From contig JBHGNT010000010.1 in NCBI GenBank assembly GCA_043228905.1, forward strand, positions 17,918,001 to 17,982,000: a stretch of 64,000 nt of DNA, read 5' to 3'. The DNA comes from Azolla caroliniana (lineage: Eukaryota > Plantae > Polypodiophyta). Positions 14,307-27,099 of the stretch are shown in pieces. Position numbers and translations under genes: made by a program. The notes under the pieces are model-generated. The model was not told where the DNA came from. It saw only the letters and a program-made list of their open reading frames with translations, and searched no databases. Position 1 is the stretch's first letter. Each line of letters starts with the position of its first letter.

Positions 14307-17136
14307 CTAGAATAAAGAGGATGTCAAACTCCGAATCTCTTTAGATACTTCATCAAAATCTTCTTTGAACTTTGCCTTATCCTCTTCCTTAGCTTCTCCT
14401 TTCTGTGGCTCAGTCAAGATTAATACACAACAAGTCGGGCGCTTTGTAACACTTGCACCTGCCAAGTCCTAGAAAATGTCGAACATATTTTATAAACAAT
14501 GTTAGCTATGAAAATAGCTTCGAAGAAAACTATCCAAAAACTTTAGGTGAAAAGAATCCTAATCAGTTGGATTTTATTTCCAGAACACCCATAAGCTTCT
14601 AAAATTGATCAGTATACCCCTCCATAGCACACAATCTACATAATAATAAGGGTTTTCTGGTAATTTTTCAAAGCTTAAGAGGTATTTGGGTAAATGATAA
14701 CACTGTAACAGGCAATTTTGGTGATTTTGACCAAATAATTACCTCTTTTGAGGGAACATAGATGTAAGGTACATCTGCTTCTTCACAAAGAACTGGAACA
14801 TGTGTTATGACATCAATCGGTGAGATGTCGCCAGCAATAACACACAACCTACACACATATTCAAGATCATGAATCTTGCTTAGCGCCAACTCCAGTGGCC
14901 AAAACCCTGAATGTATTGGTAAATTCACTTCTATGCTCATATTGTCTAATTCTATAAAACTCATTGAAAATAATAAACTCTCTAGTCTTCAAGAAAGTAA
15001 CCAGATAGAACCTAAAATCCTAAATGAATTGCTAATCCAATCACATAACAAAAATTAATTACTGACTGGGTCTATATCTTTATTTGCTACTCACTAATTG
15101 AAGACTAGAAACCCTTAAATCAAGTAACAAGGAAACCTGACGGAAACCATACATTATACTACCTTATTCATGGTATCTACTGCACCAAAAACGAGGTGAA
15201 AAACAGGAAGTTAAGGACAAAGATCACTGATGCATCAAGCATGCAGCTCAAAGTTTTTTACCACCTTATTCCCCATACCACCCAACCAGCAGGGATGACC
15301 TTCAGCTATCAAGAGGTTTAAACCTCTTTGTATAACAATCATCCGGACACACCCACATGAACTGTCAGTGGAATCATCCACATAACCAACTTATACCACG
15401 TACGATGTGTATGGAATCAGTCTTCCTGTCTACATAACTAAGATTTATACAGCATAAAAGTGTGCAAGGAATCAGCCTTGGAATCAGTCTTCTGATTGTC
15501 ATAGCAATGACTGGCCACATGAAATATGTGTGGAATCATCTACCTGACACTTCATAACCATGACTTATACTGAATAAAACGCGTGGAATCAGTTTTCTAA
15601 GTCTTCATAGCAATGACTTCACATGTAAAATAAATGTTACAATCAGCGATCTGAATCTTTGGAACTGTTAATAGCAAATGAAGGCACGTGGAATTAGCCT
15701 TCTAAACCCTCCCAGCCATGCCTTAATATCACATGAATGTGTGCACAATCGACCTCCTGCTCCCTCATAAATCATTTCCAACATGAAATCCGCCACCTTG
15801 GAACTCACAACCATGGCTGGTTATAACCCATGAAATGTCTGCCCAATGGGTCTCCAGCAAGTGGATAAAATGAGCTTCTTTAGTTCCATAAATTCCAGGC
15901 AATCCTTATATTAAACAAGAACAGTGACATTTCTGGATTCAGATGCATGGACATCTAAAGTTATTACAACATAACCACGAATTACACAACCTGAAATGTG
16001 TATGAAGAGACAGCCTTTGAAAAGAAACTTTTTGCAGTAAATGTATATGGAATCGAACTTCACAGTAAACAATCAGGTTGATAGGTTTCAAAGATTTTAC
16101 TTCAAAATTGGGAACCGCACTCAACATCAACATCAACACAACAAAAATTCACTTGCACAAACAAGCAATCCTCAAGTAGAATGTTGAATCATTTGTATTG
16201 GAAGCTTTTCTTCTTCAATCAGGAAAAGAACACAACATGGATACAAAAAGAGACGTACTCATAGAAGAGAGCAAAACTTGTCCTTCTCCATTAAAGAAGA
16301 TTGAACATTTGAAGAGTGGATATTTACACACAAAAAACAATATTTTGGTTTTATTTCTCCTCTATACTCATCTAAAATGATATGAGATTGAACCAAAACA
16401 GTTCCAATTAATAGAAATCTCCAATTAACAATAAAACAGCTCCTGAGGCTTTTTAAATTTCTATTCAAAGAAATTTGAGATGAAACATCAGTTAAAAGCT
16501 AGTCGATGTAAACACAAACAGTTTTTCTTCCTTTCCATCACTCCAGAACATGGAATTAAGATGAAAAAAGTAACAGAAACTTTACCAAAGCAAAAAGTAC
16601 TTCATAAACTCCAATCATATTAAGGTTTTGAAGCGTTTGTTCTCCTTCATTAGAGAAATAGGATGAGTATCAAAACGAACGAGAAAGGGTGAGAGAAAAG
16701 AAGAGATAAAAAAGAGAGGAAATTGTGTACCCTTTCTTGCCTCTTCTGACAGATTTCACGACTTCTTTCACGCCTCTCTTCAGCTGCTTCATCTCCGAAG
16801 CTACAAAAAATCAGAACTCCGTTTAAAAACGAGGCAACGTCGAATCGACACTAGTCTGACACACAAAAAAACGTTCAAACATAAATAGCGAAACGCTCAA
16901 AGATAGCAATAAACACAGAAACAGACACGCATAGAGAGAGAGAGAATCACTGAGCGAATATGATGAAGAGAGAAAGTAGATGTATGGAGATCTTAAAGCG
17001 TAAGAAGTGTACCTTTCCTGATGATCTTCAAGGTCCTCTTGCATAGCTTCTTTCCGGCGAGGGGCTTGGCGATGGGGGAGATGGCAAGGACTCTGCGCTT
17101 CTCCTTCTTCGCGTCTAGGTCGGCGTCGCTCCCCAT
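14307..17136 (-). CDS. NHP2: H/ACA ribonucleoprotein complex subunit 2 (L7Ae family), 4 exons
   Basis: Exons 17136-17013, 16800-16731, 14848-14743, 14468-14307. Protein MGSDAD...ISPIAKPLAGKKLCKRTLK...LKRGVKEVVKSVRRGKKGLCVIAGDISPIDVITHVPVLCEEADVPYIYVPSKEDLAGASVTKRPTCCVL. Confidence 0.95.
15350..15840. repeat. Degenerate ~53-bp tandem array in NHP2 intron 2
   Basis: GGAATCA recurs at about 15370, 15413, 15468, 15480, 15532 and 15585, with variants near 15640, 15690 and 15746; most are followed by CATA(A/G)C.ATGACT and CACATGAA-like blocks. Confidence 0.75.
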
Positions 17137-17182
17137 CTGAGAAAGACACACCAAAAGGAAAGGAATGCAGACAGAAGGAAGA

Positions 17183-17211
17183 TTAGGGTTTAGGGGGAGG
17201 GTTTAGGGTTT
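17183..17211 (-). promoter_or_regulatory. Two telo-boxes (AAACCCTAA) just upstream of the NHP2 start codon
   Basis: TTAGGGTTT at 17183-17191 and 17203-17211 on +. Telo-boxes are an established element of plant translation and ribosome-biogenesis genes. Confidence 0.6.
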
Positions 17212-17296
17212 CCTTCCTCTGTGTCTGTCTCCTTCTGTCAGTAAATCTAATATGAAGGAAATACATACATTCATACATAATATGAAGAAAAAAAGG

Positions 17297-17735
17297 GTTT
17301 TCACGAAATTCCCGAAATACCCCTCCCACTTCCACCTGTTCACAAGAGCGTTTCCTAGACCTGAGTGACCTAGGAGTCGGCAATGGCTCGGCTCAAGCTT
17401 GAAACCGAGCTGTTAAACTGGTGGAGGTTCGGTTCGGTTCTGGTTGAGCTTCCTTAATCATATGAGCTCGGTCGGCTTGGCATGGCTCACGCCTAACCAA
17501 TCCGTTTTGGGCCAAGCCGGTTAAGCCGAAACCGAACCGTTGTCGATTCCTACTCACCATACAGTCTCCGGTTTTCACGAAATTCCCAAAATACCCCTCC
17601 CAGTTCCAGGTTTTTCACAAGAGTGTTTCCTAGACCTCACAATACAGTCTCGGTTTTTCACAAAATGCCCAAATATACCCCTCCAAGTTCCAGTTCCAGT
17701 TCTAGTTCTTCACAAGAGCGTTTCCTAGACCTCAC
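17297..17735. repeat. Three ~80-90-bp direct repeats upstream of NHP2, the first interrupted by a MITE
   Basis: TTTTCAC(G/A)AAAT.CCC.AAATACCCC...CACAAGAG(C/T)GTTTCCTAGACCT occurs three times. Confidence 0.85.
17371..17552. mobile_element. hAT-like MITE, copy 1
   Basis: TIRs TAGGAGTCGGCAA...TTGTCGATTCCTA with subterminal (GGTTC)n/(GAACC)n motifs. It interrupts a local ~80-bp repeat upstream of NHP2. Confidence 0.75.
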
Positions 17736-17995
17736 AAGATAGCCTCCTTGACAACCTCGTTATTGGCCCCACAAGTTGGCCAACCGTCAGGGCCCTTGGG
17801 CATTTCAGAGGGGTTGGTCGAGAGTCCTGTGCACATTCTTTAGGATATATAGTGCAAGAACTTGACCTAGATAGGGAGACCCCTAGGAACACGTACCCGT
17901 GAAGCACATAACACATTTTCAAGGTGTGGGGGGTTAAACAAAATATTGATGTTTTGCTCGTGGCATTCTAGGGGAGTTTTGGCTAAGCCGCACTA

Positions 17996-18400
17996 TTTGT
18001 ATTATTGGTTTCACCAAGAGCATATGGGGGAATAATGGGAACTTGACTTGACATTTTGATGACTCTTTGACTTTTAAAATCCATAATGGTTTGACTATAG
18101 CTTTCTCTCTTTAAGTAATGCAAAGTCGAAGGGGACACTTGGTCGAGAGTATGCTTCAAAGTTTTCTTCAAAACACCGCCTTCTTTTCTCACTGCATTAT
18201 GGGGAATTTCGTCTTTGCCACACGATTTGTATTATTGGTTTACCGAGTACATCCAGGGGAATGATAGGGACTTGCTCAACATTTTGACGAGTCTAGTTGC
18301 AAAATCCATAATAGTTAGACTATAGCTTTCTATCAAAGTAATGCAAAGTCTAAGGGACACTTGGTCGAGAGTATGCTTCAAAGTTTTCTTCAAAACACCC
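17996..18400. repeat. Tandem duplication with ~230-bp period
   Basis: TTTGTATTATTGGTTT...GGGACACTTGGTCGAGAGTATGCTTCAAAGTTTTCTTCAAAACACC is present twice. Confidence 0.85.
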
Positions 18401-18889
18401 CCTTTTTTTTTTGTCCCTTGCTTGAATTAAGACTTTGGATGAACAATAATATTTGTTGTGTCAACGAGAATCGGATGGTCAAGAAATGTTGGTCTTCTTC
18501 ATTAGATTGATGCCAAAATTTGATTTACATTGTTCCTACTTTATCTTAACTTGTGATTTACACTCCCTTAATTCATGGTGGATACGATGATCTTATGGCC
18601 TTTTGTAAAAGAAGAAAAAACTCTCTTAGAATGTTAAACCCCAAGAACATAAATCCCCTTAAAATTTGATTGAGTGCTAGAAGTGATTGCCTTGAAGAAT
18701 AGCTTCCCTTAAGAGTGTACGTATTGGTACAAAGGGGGAGGGATTTATCCTAGATAACATAGATGGGTCTTAGACACTCTCAAGTTTTCCTCACTAGGTG
18801 TAGCCAAGTTCAAATTCACTACTTCCTAACATGTCTCACTCTAATGTTAAGCATAGAAAGATATCTACTTCATGCAATGTGTACTTGAA

Positions 18890-19295
18890 CCACTATAGAA
18901 GTGCCATATATAAGTTACCATAAACGAAAATGATTGCATTTATTATGGGGGATTGGCAAGTCTTGGATGACTATCCTTTGTAGTTGAGCCACAATAGAAG
19001 TGCCATATATAAGTTACCATAAACGAAAATGATTGCATTTATTACGGGGGATTGTCAAGTCTTGGACGACTATCCTTTGTAGTTGAGCCACAATAGAAGT
19101 GCCATATATAAGATACCATAAACGAAAATGATTGCATTTATGATGGGGGATTGTCAAGTATTGGACGACTATCCTTTGTAGTTGAGCCACAATAGAAGTT
19201 TCAAGTGCCATGTAGTTACCATAAACGAAAATGATTGCATTTATTATGGGGGATTGTCAAGTATTGGACGACTATCCTTTGTAGTGAGCAATAGA
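18890..19295. repeat. Tandem array, 4 x 99 bp
   Basis: ATAGAAGT recurs at 18895, 18994, 19093 and 19192 with near-identical units. Confidence 0.95.
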
Positions 19296-19334
19296 TAAAA
19301 CAACACTACAATATGAGTAAAAGACCCTTGAAAG

Positions 19335-19852
19335 TAGAAATCTGCAATGGTACTCGATCTAGTTTGTGAGTCTCAAAACAAACCGAATATATCAAAATTT
19401 TGAAACTTGAACTGAAACTAGTAATCCAGAATCATTTAAACTAAAACCATTCAAAGGGTTATCAAGCTCAAACCGAATGGTTCCATACAAACCTTTATAA
19501 ACAACAATTTCACGGTTTTGTCATAACTTAAAAGCAAATGATTGGCAATCGTACATTGTACATCATTTTTAACTTTTGAAGGAATGGTTATTTCTTTTAA
19601 AACTCAAAATGAAAACTAAAACCTAAAAGAAAAGACATCAAAGTATTTATAAAGTTAAGTCATATATTTATAATATTCCAAAACTATTTACCACATACCG
19701 TTAAAAACTTTGGCCCAAAACCAAACTATTGACACCCCCAAACCGAATAAAATTTACAAATTTCAAACCTCAATTGAACCAACCAAACTGGTTAGGCCGT
19801 TACACTATGGTTTCATGGTTGGGTTCAACCACCAAATCATTGTTGATTCCTA
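19335..19852. mobile_element. hAT-like MITE, copy 2 (diverged)
   Basis: Ends TAGAAATCTGCAATGG...CATTGTTGATTCCTA with internal AAACCG/AAACC motifs. Confidence 0.6.
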
Positions 19853-20362
19853 CTTTTAAAAAGTCTATATACATCAAATACTCATGGTGGATAATCAATT
19901 TTCCAAGCACAAGAAATTTATCATAGACAAAGTGTCAAACTCTCATGGTGGATAATCATGGTGGAATTGATCATAGACAAAGAGCAAAATATCTGCGCAA
20001 AATACATCAACAAAAATAATGGTATATATATAATGCCTTGACGAGAATAAAGTCCTTGACACGAATACTTTCGAAAATCGTAGAAATAATGGTGTATATA
20101 TATATTGCCATGAGGGGAAAATGATCATAAGGAAAGTAAAATCCTTCAGAAAAATGGTGTTTATCCATCCACATAGTGGAAGATGTAAAAGTCACTGTGT
20201 ATATAGACTGCACTACCCACATAAGTGGATGAATAAAGATAAAAGTAACCCAACTCATTTCTAACAAAGACAAATCAAAATCATTTGCCCATTGTGTAGG
20301 AAAACAAACATGAAGGAGGATATGAAAAAAAACAATGGCCAAAAGTTCATATGATTTGTGGA

Positions 20363-23351
20363 TTAGACAGCTGCGGTCCCGGCAGTGAAATCAGGGTCTT
20401 CACACCTATATTTGCCATCGGGACCAATACCAAAGCCCTTTGGATCGGCAAAAACGTTCTCCAAGAGTTGGCTTCGCGGCGGTAATGGGCTTGCATCTGC
20501 AAACTCTACTGCCTCTTCCAATAGATCATCTATCTTCTTTCGAATCTTTTCGAGTTCCGCCTCCTTAGCTAGATTGTTCTGTAATAGATAATTCCTCAAG
20601 GACGTGATCGGGTCTCTTGCGGCATAGTGGGCTTTCTCACCTGCAAAAAACACACAAAAAGAAAGCCCAAAAGTGAGATAGTGCTGTGTTAAGAAAAGAT
20701 CCCCCATATTTCAATCCTAGTTTGATCTTTATATGATCATTGCAAAATCCAGAGAAAAAAACCTTATCTATCTTAATATCCAAAAGACAAATTGACACAT
20801 ATCTATGTGTGTGTGTATATCTCAATACATAAAGCTATCTCCCCTAAACATTATTCCTGTCTACATGATTCCACCAAATATTAAAACACTCCCATTGAAG
20901 CTCCATGCAAGACCTACAAGTTTGATCAAAGATCAAGACTCTTTACGGTTTAGTTATAATTTGTAGTTTTGGGACAGACCAAGTAAAAAAATTATCCACA
21001 TTCAACTAATTGTCGTGTGACATTTGGAGTTTTTTTGTTAAATTCTTATTGGTCACACACCTAATTGTTGTGAGTGATACTTGGAGTTTTTTCTATTTAA
21101 ACAAGTCTGAATCAAGTACTAAAATGATATATGTAGACTAATTGAGAGATACTTGGGAGTTTTTCTAGTTAATCCTAATTGCTCTAACACTGGTAAGTTT
21201 GAATCAAGTACTAAAATGATATATGTAGACTAATTGTGTTACTAATAGGAGTTTTTAGTTTATCTTCTAATAAATCACCGTATAATTGAACTTAAACAAA
21301 TGTATCAATTTCTCACGTATTTTGGAAGAACGAAAAAAACAATAGGATGTTTTTTATTACATTATGCACAAAGAACCGATAAAATACCATGTTGCGAATA
21401 CTACCTGGCTTCCGGAGTTCATCGGGGTCAGCAAGAGAGTGGCCCCTGAACCTGTACGTCTCGCACTCCACGAGAGTTGGCCCATCTCCACGCCTTGCTC
21501 TAGCAATGGCTTCTTGTGCCACCTCCCTAACCTTCAACACATCCATTCCATCCACATGAACCCCTGGCATCCCAAATGCTGGCCCCTTCTCCCATATCTC
21601 AGGTACCGAGGTTGACCTATAGTGCGACATACCAATGGCCCAAAGGTTGTTCTCCACCACAAATATGATAGGAAGCTTCCAGAGAGAAGCCATATTAAGG
21701 CATTCGAAGAATTGTCCATTGTTGCATGTGCCATCCCCGAAGAAAGCCACGGTGACACCATCCGAGTTGGAGTTCTTCAATACCTCTCTCTCGTATTTAC
21801 TGGCAAATGCGGCCCCAGTGGCAACGGGGATACCTTCGCCAATGAAGGCGAATCCCCCGATAAGGCCATGTTCTTTCGAGAACATATGCATTGAGCCCCC
21901 TTGGCCACGGCATACGCCTGTGGCTTTCCCGAAAAGCTCGGACATCACGGATCGAGGTGGCACACCTTTACTCAACGCATGGACATGATCCCTATATGTA
22001 CTACACACATAATCGTTCTCTTTCAAGCATTTGATGAAACCCGTCGACACGGCCTCCTGGCCATTGTAAAGGTGCACGAACCCAAACATCTTGCCTCGGT
22101 AGTACATCTGTGCACACATGTCCTCGAAGCTCCGTCCAAGCACCATGTCTTTGTAGAGGATCAATCCTTCTTCTTTGGTGATCAACTAGACAGACAAAAG
22201 AAAAAACACAATGCAGAAATCTAATTCAACACAATAGGTCAATTAAAAAAATTATGGTGGTGTATCTTTTCAAATCCTTGAATCCTTTCGTATAAGAAGA
22301 CAAAAAACTACTACACCACAATGTCACATGCAGAAAAGCATGTGCTTTTTTCTAAACACATGACAATGCGATTTGAATTAACTACAACAAATGATCAACT
22401 GCCATTCCATTCTTGAACTCTTTTGTATAAGAAAAGAAAAAACTACTAAACCACTATGTCACATGCAGAAAAGCATACGTTTTTTTCTAAACACATGACA
22501 ATGCAATCAAAATTCACTACAGCAAATGATCATCTTCCATTCCATTCTTGAATCCTTTATACATTGTATAAGAAAAGATAAAACTACTAAACCAGTATGC
22601 CACATGCAGAAAAGCATACGTTTTTTTCTAAACACATGACATTGCAATCAAAATTCGCTACAGCAAATGATCTGCCATTCCATTCTTGAATCCTTTTGTA
22701 TAAGACACGAAAAAACTACTAAAACACTATGTCACATGCAGAAAAGCATGTGTTTTTTTCGAAACACATGACAATGCAATTTGCAGAAAAGCATACGTAG
22801 ATTTGAAAACTTTTCATCAGTCTTACTGCAGCTCATCGAATTCAATGCAAGAAAGGTGAGATATAGGAATAGAAGAATGGCAATGAACAAATTTTCAAAT
22901 TTTCAAAGGAGACGGGAAGGATCTAAACGGAGAACGTTTGATGTGCTTATCCTGGATCGCATGCAGAAAAGCAGGTATTCATTTTCCTCTCATTGCATGC
23001 TTCCATTCATTAACAGCAAAGGAGGAAAACGAAGATTCCTCGTAAGAGGAAAGATATTGGATCGAAAGGAAAACGAATCCACGAAATGTAGACGCGCACT
23101 GAAGTAAGTAGCCGCAGCTGTATTTTCACTTAATATTGCGTACCACATTCTGATCGATTTCGGTTGCTTTCTCTGCGACGAGCTCGATCGAGGAAGAAGA
23201 GAACGACGGAGAAGATGAGGCAGAAACGGAGGAAGAGCTTGGCGATCTACTGGTGCTGTTGGAGAGGGCGAGAAGAAGACGACGAGAAGGGAATCCACAG
23301 AGAGGAGAAGATACGGAAGAAGAGAGGGGGCGAGAAAGAGAAAGAGAAAGA

Positions 23352-23386
<35 letters not shown>

Positions 23387-23419
23387 AGAGATGAAAGGCT
23401 GTGCAGCGAAGGTCGCCAT
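20363..23419 (-). CDS. pdhA: Plastid pyruvate dehydrogenase E1 alpha subunit, 3 exons
   Basis: Exons 23419-23144 (Ser-rich transit peptide from MATFAAQP; the ORF-track start at 23461 is a TTG), 22185-21405, 20640-20363. Motifs [34 protein letters not shown]-binding [17 protein letters not shown]...[21 protein letters not shown], and plastid-type C-terminus [20 protein letters not shown]. Confidence 0.96.
22277..22800. repeat. Tandem array, about 3.7 x 135 bp, in PDH intron 1
   Basis: CTTGAA(T/C) unit starts at 22277, 22412, 22547 and 22685; shared core CACATGCAGAAAAGCAT...AAACACATGACA. Confidence 0.9.
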
Positions 23420-23760
23420 GGCTGGCTGCTCTGCAGACGTTGTGGCGATGGATTCGGCCAAGAATGTAATAAACTCAAACTAATAGACCAGAATCGATTA
23501 ATTTCATTTATTTATAAATGGAAGAAGAAGGAGGAGGGAACGGAAAAGATAAAATCGAGCCAAAAGAAAGAAAGAAAGAAAGAAAGCAAGAAAAAGCAAA
23601 AATAAATTCTCTCTTTGTATGTCTCCTTTTTAGTAAGTGTGCATGTGCATGTGTATCTCAGAAAAGGACCATCACTAATGTATAGTAGTGCTACTACTCA
23701 TCATCATATTGTGCCAATGTTAAATACCTGGGCCTATCAAGCGCGGACGTAGCCCGACAC

Positions 23761-24046
23761 TAGGAATCGGCAACTGCTCAGCTCAAGCCTAAACCGAACT
23801 GTTAACTGGTTTTTAAACGGTTTGGCAGTTCGGTTCGGTTCGGTTTAGGCTTGAGCTTCCTTAACCGGTTTGTGATTGTTGAAGCTGAACCAAACCGATT
23901 TTGGCTTTAATCGGCTTGGCTAAACAGTTTCGGCTTAACCGGTTCAGTTCAGGTTTGGAAACTCCCAAACCGGTTTAGGGTTAACAAGTTTGGTTTGGAC
24001 AAATGCCAAACCGGTTAAGCCAAAACCGAACCGTTGCCGATTCCTA
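23761..24046. mobile_element. hAT-like MITE, copy 3
   Basis: Perfect 14-bp TIR TAGGAATCGGCAAC...GTTGCCGATTCCTA. The 8-bp flanks CCCGACAC / CCCAGCAC look like an imperfect TSD. Lies upstream of PDH E1 alpha. Confidence 0.8.
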
Positions 24047-27000
24047 CCCAGCACAAAACCTGACTGACGACTTGATCCCTGCACCACAAGCTCTTCACAT
24101 ACCCATCTAGCAGTTCAACTTGACAGAAACGACCCCAGAAATTCATGATGCCTTTCTAGTCAAGTGTTTCAGCCACCATGCGACACGAATGTTACATATT
24201 TAATAGATCAATTATGTGTGAAGGCATCCATGCAAGTTGCATTGATCGCCATATCGATGCAAAAAAGAGCGGTCGTCTAGCATACAAAACCATCATGGTT
24301 GAGCACATTAATTATATGAGGATAGGAAGTAGAGTGTGACTTAAGCCAATGATTCGAATGAGATCCATGGGACAAGTGGGATTTAGAAAAAAAAATGGCA
24401 TACTAATATTGCTCATTTCTTCACAATAAGCACAACTATATACGAAGAAGCTCAAGCAAGAAATAAAGCTAATGTGTCGAGGTTTCTATTCATGTTCGTT
24501 CAGCCATTTCTTAGCATGAAAGTCTAGGACAATGACGATGTAGAAGAGCATCTCATCTTGTTCCTTATGATCTCCCAGGGGAATCATGTATCTCTTTGGT
24601 TGATCCCAAACGAGACAAATGACTCTTAGATGGCAACACAAATGGTCTTGACTAAGTACACATTCAACATTCAACATTACAAGTATAAAAACAAATTTTA
24701 TTGGTTTTTGTGAGCTAATATTCCATGAGGATCCTAGGAAACAATGGCCATGTTTAAAAAAAGAATAAAACCTCTATATCAAAGGTTGACCCTAATTTAT
24801 GAAAGCCATTAGATTTCGATGTCCTTCAACAAACATATTGCGAGTATGACCAATGAGTACTCATGTAAAATAAGAAGTAGTCATGTTGACAATTAGCTAG
24901 AGTTATGTTGTTTTTAGTCCTATGTGTCTGACGACTTTCTTGATCCTACATATCCAAGTTATCAATAATTTTTTAGTATGAACTAGGAATATCGAGGAAG
25001 TATTGTTGGCTCTATGACCACTTCTTACATGGTTTGTCTTGTTATTGTCTCTCCTAATATGGATCATCAACCTAAGGCACTTCATCAAAGTATGAACAAA
25101 TGGTTGACGACCACTAAGATATTGATGAACTAATGGTTGACAATCACTACAATATTGATAGAGTGAAGAACTATAGAAGAATTGACTCCATGGTCACTTG
25201 GATGGATACACAATTCATGAGAATTTGGGCAGTGAAATGTATTTGGATGCGAGTACCCTCAAAGGAACATGATATGATGAGCCCACAAAAAGGATTTATT
25301 TGGTATGCATACTAAGGTCTTCTTACTAACAATCAAGACCATATCCATGATTATGCTCAAGGTAAATCTAGTACTATGCAAGCAAGAAAAGGTAAAGAAG
25401 CTCAAGGGAAATAAGGGAAGGAATCATCAAGTAAAATGGTATGTTGTAGGGAAGATTCCTCAAATTCGGACATTGCTAACAAATGGAGAAGATATATTCT
25501 ATTCACCAACGAAAATTCATGAGATCTCTAGTTCAAAAGAGAAGGAAACCCAAGAACTCGTATGAAACAATATATTTTATTGTTCCAATGATGAGAAATC
25601 AATGAAGATACATAAATTATTGAAGAAAGTGGAACTATCAAACTCGTAAGTTCGTAACTAAAGAAAAAAAAAGTTATTTTATTGTCCATTGTAAAGGAGG
25701 ACTGCGAAAATATTGAATATGTCAACATGTTTTGTTATACAAGCTCTTCCTATGTAGGAGCTAAAGCAATTACGAGGATTTTGGACATCTAATCACTGCA
25801 ATACCTAAAAAGTATTAAGTTCTCCTAGATACTTTATCTCAAACTCATTTGACAATTTCTTCTTAATTTGATGAATAAGATCATTATTCCTACTTGTTAT
25901 TATCAAATCATCTACATATAGAACAATTATGATATAATGATAACACCATATTTACCATTACTCACAAAGATTGATGCATTTGCAAGACTTTATTTGATGT
26001 CAATACTTTTCAAGTAGATTCCTAACCTTTGTCTGCTAATCATGCTTTAAACTTAGTTAAAGAACCATCAAAATTTAACTTAGACCTATATACCCATTTA
26101 CAACTTATTATCTTTTTCCCATTGGATCTAGGCGCTAACTCTAGGTATCATCTTTGTTTGATGCATCAATTTCTTCCTAAGTAGCATATTCCATTTTGAT
26201 TGTTCACATGCATCTTCAAAACAATTAGGCTCAATGCAATTGCTAACTTTATCCACGAAGAGATAATGTTGCGCAATACAACTATCATATGTTAACCTTT
26301 GAACAAGTTTCCTTACTCTAGTTGATGTTTTCAATTGTAAAATTGATGTCCCTCAATTGATGTCCGCTATGTTTGCAGGATCATTCTTTTGCCCATGTTC
26401 ACTATCACCATCTTCATTCATGTCCATAACCTCACTTGACAAGGTATTTGGACATCATCCTTCAATGATTTCCAATATTGCATCTCATCAAATATTACAT
26501 TTTTAGAGAAATAAAATTGATCATCAATTGAATCAAAGCATTAATATACATTTTTTATATCATCAATTCCAAAGAAAAATGCATTTTATTGTTTTTTCTT
26601 GAAGCCTTTTGCCTTTCTATACATACATACCACCTACATGAACATAGAAGCACATCCACACATATTTAATGCATCAACTATGGGCTTTTTATTATTGAAC
26701 AACTCAAAGGGAGTGTTATTACCAATTATGATTGTTGGCATTTTGTTTATTAAAGTCGCTCCATAATGACAGCCATCATCCCAAAACCTTTTTGACAAAT
26801 TTGCTTAAAACAAAATTTCTCTCATTGTCTCTAAAATATGTCTATCTTTCCTTTCTGCCGGTCCATTCATTTGATGAGTGCATCTAAGTGTGACTTGTCT
26901 TATGATACCATTTGTTTTCAAATACTTACCAAACTCAACGGACATATACTAACTTCTTCAATCACTTCAAAGCGTGGCTTACAAATAAGCAAGATACAAT

Positions 27001-27099
27001 TGCTACTAAACTTTGGTAGTTTGAAACCAAATCATTACTCATATCCGGAAGCCTTTTTGCACTCGTGTGCCCTAATCTCTTATGCCACAACTTGAATTC

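Noticed and set aside
19014-19211. 33-aa repeat ORF suggesting ankyrin repeats
   Set aside because: No ankyrin consensus (TPLH/G) is present and neighbouring units contain stops; it is a non-coding 99-bp array.
21364-22224. Several plus-strand ORFs of 83-117 aa
   Set aside because: They are antisense shadows of PDH E1 alpha exon 2.
22990-23483. Poly-Leu, poly-Lys and poly-Glu ORFs
   Set aside because: They are alternative frames or the antisense of the Ser-rich PDH transit-peptide exon.
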